From an uncultured virus (IMG/VR IMGVR_UViG_3300025782_000004) (Duplodnaviria; Heunggongvirae; Uroviricota; Caudoviricetes), in the IMG/VR virus record IMGVR_UViG_3300025782_000004: a stretch of DNA of 21,408 nt. One strand, given 5' to 3'. The translations under genes and the position numbers were made by a program. Within the stretch, counting starts at the first letter, position 1, and each line of letters begins with the position of its first letter. Shown one piece after another: positions 17,161 through 21,408 of the stretch. The notes under the pieces are model-generated. The model was not told where the DNA came from. It ran no database searches and worked only from the letters and a program-made list of their open reading frames with translations.

Positions 17161-17384
17161 TATTTAAACCTCAATCTAAACATTATAGCATCTTGTTCAT
17201 TAGTAAACCAATAACAATCTTCATGTGGGCCTTCTACAACTACAGCCATAGCAATGTCTGGAAAGTCTCGCCACCAAGCGGCTCCCCATTCACCTATATT
17301 TTGATTCAGCCAAGGTTCACACTCGGTATAGTGACTGTAGGTCTTTACTGGAACTGATAGTTGCGGTCCGCGTTCTACAGCCAT
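17160..17384 (-). CDS. Small protein, FxFxxxxDAxxFxL family (likely start MAVERG)
   Basis: C-terminus YWFTNEQDAIMFRLRFK; TAATG coupling at 17384. Confidence 0.8.
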   Translation of the reverse strand: MAVERGPQLSVPVKTYSHYTECEPWLNQNIGEWGAAWWRDFPDIAMAVVVEGPHEDCYWFTNEQDAIMFRLRFK

Positions 17385-17689
17385 TATCCCCACCTCAACA
17401 AAAACATAGTACGATCTTCTTCAGTATTAAAATGTACCACCATACCCTTTTGTGTTATGGCGCCATTGCTGTCCTCAATCCATTGATCTATTTCTCGTTG
17501 ATTTAAATGCCAAAAGGCATAGTCTTCGATGATCAACAATAAATCCTTGTCAATGGGAGATGTGGCTACAATAAACCGACCACCTGTCTGCACTTGTATC
17601 ACGCCGTTAAGAAATGTAAGTTCTTGACCATTATGTTCTACTGTAACTTGGTCAAGAGTTGGAGTTAGTTGCTTGCGGTTTTTTTTCAT
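17384..17689 (-). CDS. Small protein, FxFxxxxDAxxFxL family
   Basis: C-terminus VHFNTEEDRTMFLLRWG. Confidence 0.8.
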   Translation of the reverse strand: MKKNRKQLTPTLDQVTVEHNGQELTFLNGVIQVQTGGRFIVATSPIDKDLLLIIEDYAFWHLNQREIDQWIEDSNGAITQKGMVVHFNTEEDRTMFLLRWG

Positions 17690-18029
17690 AAATCACTGTT
17701 ACACGGTTAAGTGCTTGTCTTTCGGTATTATGTCTAGTCTGTACATAGATTTGTCCATCGGGATAATCATAAGTCAGCATCCAGTTAAAATAACGTTGGT
17801 CGTACATTTGGCGCTCTTTATACATTACAGTTTCTACTAGGTTGGGTAGAGTTCGTTCTACGCTAGGATATGTACCTTCAGGACGTTTGATACGCTCGAT
17901 TAAAATTTCTTCTTGCAATTCTCGATATGATAAAGGTTCTACTTCAATCTCTGTAAATAAAGGATTCTTACGCTCTTTATTCAAAAACGCAATCATATCT
18001 TTGTCCCGCATAATAACTGTACGCTTCAT
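17652..18029 (-). CDS. Hypothetical protein (likely start MKRTVIM)
   Basis: ATGA coupling at 18026-18029. Confidence 0.7.
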   Translation of the reverse strand: MKRTVIMRDKDMIAFLNKERKNPLFTEIEVEPLSYRELQEEILIERIKRPEGTYPSVERTLPNLVETVMYKERQMYDQRYFNWMLTYDYPDGQIYVQTRHNTERQALNRVTVIYEKKPQATNSNS

Positions 18030-18304
18030 AGTGATTCTACATCCTTGCAAATTAATTTGAGCCATACCAGCTCTTGCTCGTCAACTCGACCCCACGAGGT
18101 ATCGGTAACGGGTCCTTTAATTAATGTAACACCATTGGCATTTTCCAACCATACTCTAGTACTATTTTTAACTGCTTCGTCGTGCCAGACCGGATTGAAC
18201 ATATCAGTCTTACCCGGATGCACGTCAAACTGTGCTAGGTACCGGCAGTTAGTACGTCCAAACATTTTAACATCTCTATTAAGTTCGTAATAGTAGTTGA
18301 TCAC
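18026..18304 (-). CDS. Hypothetical protein
   Basis: 92-aa ORF coupled at both ends; C-terminus VDEQELVWLKL. Confidence 0.75.
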   Translation of the reverse strand: MINYYYELNRDVKMFGRTNCRYLAQFDVHPGKTDMFNPVWHDEAVKNSTRVWLENANGVTLIKGPVTDTSWGRVDEQELVWLKLICKDVESL

Positions 18305-18555
18305 TCTTTAATACCTAAATACTTTAAGTTATAATATGTAAGTGCTTCGCCTTCTAGGGGTGCATAAATGCGTATCTTAAATCCCCAAGTGTTGGGATCT
18401 GAGTCACAGAAAAATACCAAATCATTACATTTAGATTTGAGCCATTTGGCTTCTTCTGACTGTTCCCATTCGTAGATGGGAAAGGCCGCATACAGGTACG
18501 GATCTTCGCAATCGCTCATGGCAATTTCTTTAACTAAAGTTCCTCTACTACCCAT
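18301..18555 (-). CDS. Small protein, possible divergent member of the FxFxxxxDAxxFxL family
   Basis: EDPYLYAAFPIYEWEQSE..KWL; C-terminus IYAPLEGEALTYYNLKYL. Confidence 0.75.
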   Translation of the reverse strand: MGSRGTLVKEIAMSDCEDPYLYAAFPIYEWEQSEEAKWLKSKCNDLVFFCDSDPNTWGFKIRIYAPLEGEALTYYNLKYLGIKE

Positions 18556-18802
18556 TGATCATTCTCCCAACAAACTCTACTGCATAGTCTTCATTGTAAC
18601 GACGCACACCGCCAGTTTTTAATTGAAACATAAGCGCATCCTGTTCATCATTAAACGTAAAGTCCATCCAATTTTCTGTAGGATGAAAACTTACCTTTTC
18701 TCCGGGCAAGCCATAGGTTTCCACAGTCCATGCAAGTAGTTCGTTCCAAGCATCGCCGTGATTGTATTCATCAGTCCAAGGTACTCTAATTGTTATCGTC
18801 AT
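18548..18802 (-). CDS. Small protein, FxFxxxxDAxxFxL family
   Basis: AWTVETYG...MDFTFNDEQDALMFQLK. Confidence 0.8.
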   Translation of the reverse strand: MTITIRVPWTDEYNHGDAWNELLAWTVETYGLPGEKVSFHPTENWMDFTFNDEQDALMFQLKTGGVRRYNEDYAVEFVGRMING

Positions 18803-19001
18803 TCTTTGCCTTTAACATGCGCCAAGCAAGTGGATCTCTACGTTCCCAACAACCAAAAAACTTTTTCTTTTTCTTACTATATCTAAGCCAGATGTACCAA
18901 CGATCTAAACTTAATGTAAAGCCAATGCTACCAGTATCTTTATAATGATAAATGGATAGTCCAGGCTTAATGTTTTCGCCCTCGTTACGCCACTGTATCA
19001 T
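18786..19001 (-). CDS. Hypothetical basic protein (likely start MIQWRNEG)
   Basis: ATGA coupling at 18998-19001. Confidence 0.7.
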   Translation of the reverse strand: MIQWRNEGENIKPGLSIYHYKDTGSIGFTLSLDRWYIWLRYSKKKKKFFGCWERRDPLAWRMLKAKNDDNN

Positions 19002-19198
19002 TGTATCCACCTTAGTCTGAATAGTGTTTCACTTTCTGCGTCGGGTAAATAGAACCTCCAATGATAACTGGGGAAGTCGGTCATGAAGTTCCATTTATCC
19101 GAGTCAAAATGTCTGTGACACCATCGTATAATTCGCTCAATCTGTGTTGGGGTTAGATTAGTTGTATTAAGTACTACGCAATTTGATTTAGATTCCAT
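18998..19198 (-). CDS. Small protein, FxFxxxxDAxxFxL family (divergent)
   Basis: IIRWCHRHF...WRFYLPDAESETLFRLRW. Confidence 0.75.
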   Translation of the reverse strand: MESKSNCVVLNTTNLTPTQIERIIRWCHRHFDSDKWNFMTDFPSYHWRFYLPDAESETLFRLRWIQ

Positions 19199-19203
19199 AC
19201 ACT

Positions 19204-19232
19204 ATTATAGCATATTGGCAATTATTTGTCAG
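19204..19232 (-). promoter_or_regulatory. sigma70-type promoter with extended -10
   Basis: CTGACA-17 bp-TATAAT; spacer plus -10 box is 22/23 identical to the promoter at 15738. Confidence 0.75.
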
Positions 19233-19629
19233 TATGTTTGAGTGTCGCCCACATTTGCTTTTGTTCCAAAAATTTTAGTTCAAGTTCTCGGTAACGGTCA
19301 GCACAGGCCTTGAGTTCGTCAAACTCCTGCTCCAATACAGCGTTTCTTTTGATTCGTGTGGGGATCATTAGTTCGTCTCGGATGGTCTGCATGGTTTCTC
19401 GGAGACTTAGACCATCAAGTTCAATATCTTGTTCGGATATTTTGACTTTTGGTTGCTTGTCATAGTAAGGAGTTGCAGTGGTTGTCCAAATTGGGTTTGC
19501 TCCAGTTGCAGTAGTATAAACTAATCCGCTACCATTTCCTCCCGTTATGGTCACGTTACCGTAACTTGACCCGGCCAAGCCTGCAGCAGTGACCGGAATT
19601 GTAGTTTTGTATGTTGGTGTTTTGGCCAT
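19222..19629 (-). CDS. Hypothetical protein, Thr/Gly-rich N-terminus and C-terminal coiled coil
   Basis: 135-aa ORF with AAGGA RBS, downstream of its own promoter. Confidence 0.8.
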   Translation of the reverse strand: MAKTPTYKTTIPVTAAGLAGSSYGNVTITGGNGSGLVYTTATGANPIWTTTATPYYDKQPKVKISEQDIELDGLSLRETMQTIRDELMIPTRIKRNAVLEQEFDELKACADRYRELELKFLEQKQMWATLKHTDK

Positions 19630-19659
19630 AAAAAATCCTTATACGGTTAAGTATAAGGA
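19630..19659 (-). terminator. Intrinsic terminator-like hairpin
   Basis: TCCTTATAC (19636-19644) / GTATAAGGA (19651-19659), 6-nt loop, followed by TTTTTT on the minus strand. Confidence 0.65.
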
Positions 19660-19678
19660 CTTTTCATGGTGTTGTCAA
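19650..19678 (-). promoter_or_regulatory. sigma70-type promoter
   Basis: TTGACA-17 bp-TATACT. Confidence 0.8.
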
Positions 19679-19681
19679 TCG

Positions 19682-19790
19682 TTAGCTATTCAAAACTTTT
19701 GCCACACTATTCATTACTGATGCAATACGACCAATGTCACGCAAGTTTTCTACTGTGTAGCCTTCTTGCTTGAGTGTGTCAATGAGCCTT
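19682..19790 (-). pseudogene. ahpD: 3' remnant of an AhpD-like alkylhydroperoxidase (CMD family) gene
   Basis: An alternative frame reads (KAH/)DTLKQEGYTVENLRDIGRIASVMNSVAKVLNS*, resembling the AhpD C-terminus that follows CxxCxxxH; no start codon or upstream part. Confidence 0.65.
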
Positions 19791-20631
19791 CCGCCACACC
19801 TTGCTCTACGCTTTCTTTCACTCCGAGTTTATCAATGATATACTTGCAACTTGATGCAGAAGTATTGATGAAACCCATGAACATTGGCCTATCATCTTTC
19901 ATCATTGGCATTATATTTTTAACAAAAGATCGTGCAGTTTCTTGGGTATAATTTGGAGGAAGTCCAACATAATTGGCTAAAGCAGTCGATGCTTTGTATG
20001 ATTTATTTGAATACTCCTCTAACATATTCATAAAACCATCATCTCTCGGTTGAGTATTTTTGAATACTCCTTTTGCCATTTCAAAAGTTCCAAAGCATTC
20101 CGCAGTAATTTTTGCCATTTCTCTGTAATCAGAATCGGCGACCGCTTGCTTAGCCGCACCTAATCCGATTGCGCCAACAGCCGCCGCACCCAAGCCTTTC
20201 AAAAATCCTCTACGGTCAATTTCATCTAACTGTGCTTCCGCCACACCTTGCTGTCCTTGGACAGGGCTGTCTCTAAGTGCATCTCGATAAAACTCTTTGA
20301 AATCTTGTGCCAATTCTCTTGCTGACCACGCCCAAGTTTGACTGTCCCAATCGTCTGTCATCTCAGCTTCAAGTTTAGTACTCGGGTCTCGACCACGACT
20401 AAACCCTATACGAACAGTATGTTCAATTTGTTTATTAACCAACTTTGCAAATAGTTTGCCATTGGGATTTGGATTAATTGTTACTTTATATCCGTGTTTT
20501 TCAGCAAACTGTATCGTTGGCTGTAAGAACTGGATTTTAGGATCAACAACACCAGCTTGGGCTGGAATATCTTCCGCCACCGGAGTCTGTGCGGATTCTA
20601 TTAGATTGATATAATCGCGAAATGTTTTCAT
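19750..20631 (-). CDS. Putative internal head (ejection) polyprotein with capsid-targeting-like N-terminus and internal Tat-like signal
   Basis: Starts MKTFRDYINLIE after a late promoter; VAE repeated three times; internal IDRRGFLKGLGAAAVGAIGLGAAKQAVA. Confidence 0.7.
   Translation of the reverse strand: MKTFRDYINLIESAQTPVAEDIPAQAGVVDPKIQFLQPTIQFAEKHGYKVTINPNPNGKLFAKLVNKQIEHTVRIGFSRGRDPSTKLEAEMTDDWDSQTWAWSARELAQDFKEFYRDALRDSPVQGQQGVAEAQLDEIDRRGFLKGLGAAAVGAIGLGAAKQAVADSDYREMAKITAECFGTFEMAKGVFKNTQPRDDGFMNMLEEYSNKSYKASTALANYVGLPPNYTQETARSFVKNIMPMMKDDRPMFMGFINTSASSCKYIIDKLGVKESVEQGVAEGSLTHSSKKATQ
19788..19805 (-). repeat. 18-bp direct repeat copy 1 (AGCAAGGTGTGGCGGAAG, encodes QGVAE)
   Basis: Exact match to 20235-20252. 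Confidence 0.9.
20235..20252 (-). repeat. 18-bp direct repeat copy 2 (AGCAAGGTGTGGCGGAAG)
   Basis: Exact match to 19788-19805; the 10-bp core GTGGCGGAAG recurs at 20571-20580. Confidence 0.9.
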
Positions 20632-20639
20632 AGTATAAT

Positions 20640-20647
20640 TATTTATC
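20640..20647 (-). promoter_or_regulatory. T4-like late promoter (GATAAATA)
   Basis: Overlaps the CHASE2 stop codon, 8 nt before the ATG at 20631. Confidence 0.65.
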
Positions 20648-21407
20648 ATTTTTTACGCCAGTTAGCGAAGAATACAAGCACTAATCCAAGCACTATTATT
20701 AGTATAACTTCTCCGCCATCGGCCCAATCTGGTCTAGTAATAACAGGTCTATCTTTGTTAGCTATTACGGTCCCTAATACACTTGCTTGTAGGTCCTGTG
20801 GCAACATTTCACCACGACTGGTAGCAACAGGATTTGCCAATCCTTGTGCCGACACCCCCACAATAACTATGTCGCCTTCAAAATCCTTGGGTAAATCTGT
20901 TAGGCTGTAGTGCTCGGGTACAAGACTCCAGTCAATCCAGATGCGGCTTAGGCTATCTGTGGTAACAGGACCAAATTGAAGAATACGCATTTTTTCAACG
21001 CCATTCTCATTGACCTTGATCTGTACGGTTGAGTCCGCACCGGCAACACGTAGAGTTTCTATTGCCAGGCTAGGATATAGTCGTCCATCATATGCAACTA
21101 CCAAGGGCATACGGCGTACAACACCATCTACTTCGGGAAATGTATTTGTAATACCAACACCTGCCGCGGCCGCTTCTACACCGGGAATGTTGGCAATAAT
21201 GCCTGGGTATTCAACAAAAGCGTCTTGATTAAATGATCCGATAACTGCTGACCCAGGAGCTCTAGGAGTGTTACGAGTTTGTGTACTACCTACACTGGGC
21301 AGGATAGTTGGGTATTGACGTAGTGCGGCTATATAATCCGCATCTCGACCAAGGCGGTCACGATCAGGAGTGAGCACATTAAATACCACAAGGCCTGCGT
21401 TACGGCG
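20646..21407 (-). CDS. CHASE2-domain membrane protein (5' end outside window)
   Basis: AGLVVFNVL...DR, PEVDGVVRRMPL, YPSLAIETLR and IVIVGVSAQGL...TSRG motifs, then one TM helix; frame is open to the window edge. Confidence 0.85.
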   Translation of the reverse strand, partial: RRNAGLVVFNVLTPDRDRLGRDADYIAALRQYPTILPSVGSTQTRNTPRAPGSAVIGSFNQDAFVEYPGIIANIPGVEAAAAGVGITNTFPEVDGVVRRMPLVVAYDGRLYPSLAIETLRVAGADSTVQIKVNENGVEKMRILQFGPVTTDSLSRIWIDWSLVPEHYSLTDLPKDFEGDIVIVGVSAQGLANPVATSRGEMLPQDLQASVLGTVIANKDRPVITRPDWADGGEVILIIVLGLVLVFFANWRKK

Positions 21408-21408
21408 G

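Noticed and set aside
19788..20580. CRISPR array or IS ends at the 18-bp repeats
   Set aside because: Only two full copies 447 bp apart, in frame inside a CDS; no cas gene, transposase or terminal inverted repeats.
267..21228. All plus-strand ORFs in the track (e.g. 2744..3130, 10365..10715, 12968..13369, 15609..16064)
   Set aside because: They are antisense shadows of well-supported minus-strand genes, with no recognisable motifs.
1..21408. Stop-codon reassignment (TAG or TGA read-through) as the cause of short or split genes
   Set aside because: Long genes are uninterrupted in the standard code, TGA stops form ATGA couplings, and the dnaE fragment ends in TAA followed by a gene with its own RBS.

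Overview
A 21.4-kb segment of a large T4-like (probably jumbo) myophage genome. All credible genes are on the minus strand and tightly packed, many with ATGA/TAATG overlaps. In transcription order (right to left): a CHASE2 membrane protein cut by the window edge; a putative capsid-targeted, protease-processed polyprotein with an internal twin-arginine signal; a stranded 3' remnant of ahpD; a roughly 5-kb accessory block of small ORFs behind sigma70-type promoters, including 7-8 paralogues of one small-protein family; a cytidylyltransferase-cupin fusion, IF-1 and an Fe/Mn superoxide dismutase; a late structural block (fibre, Ig-repeat baseplate-type protein, two paralogous fibre-like proteins); and a replication/chaperone block (stand-alone DnaE fragment, GroES, RFC/gp44-type clamp loader, SGNH protein, cupin). 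The most unusual signals are the repeat-jointed polyprotein with a cryptic Tat signal, a similar propeptide on SOD, the intein-less DnaE fragment that stops just before the catalytic aspartates, and the paralogue array. All calls come from reading motifs by eye; no database searches were run.
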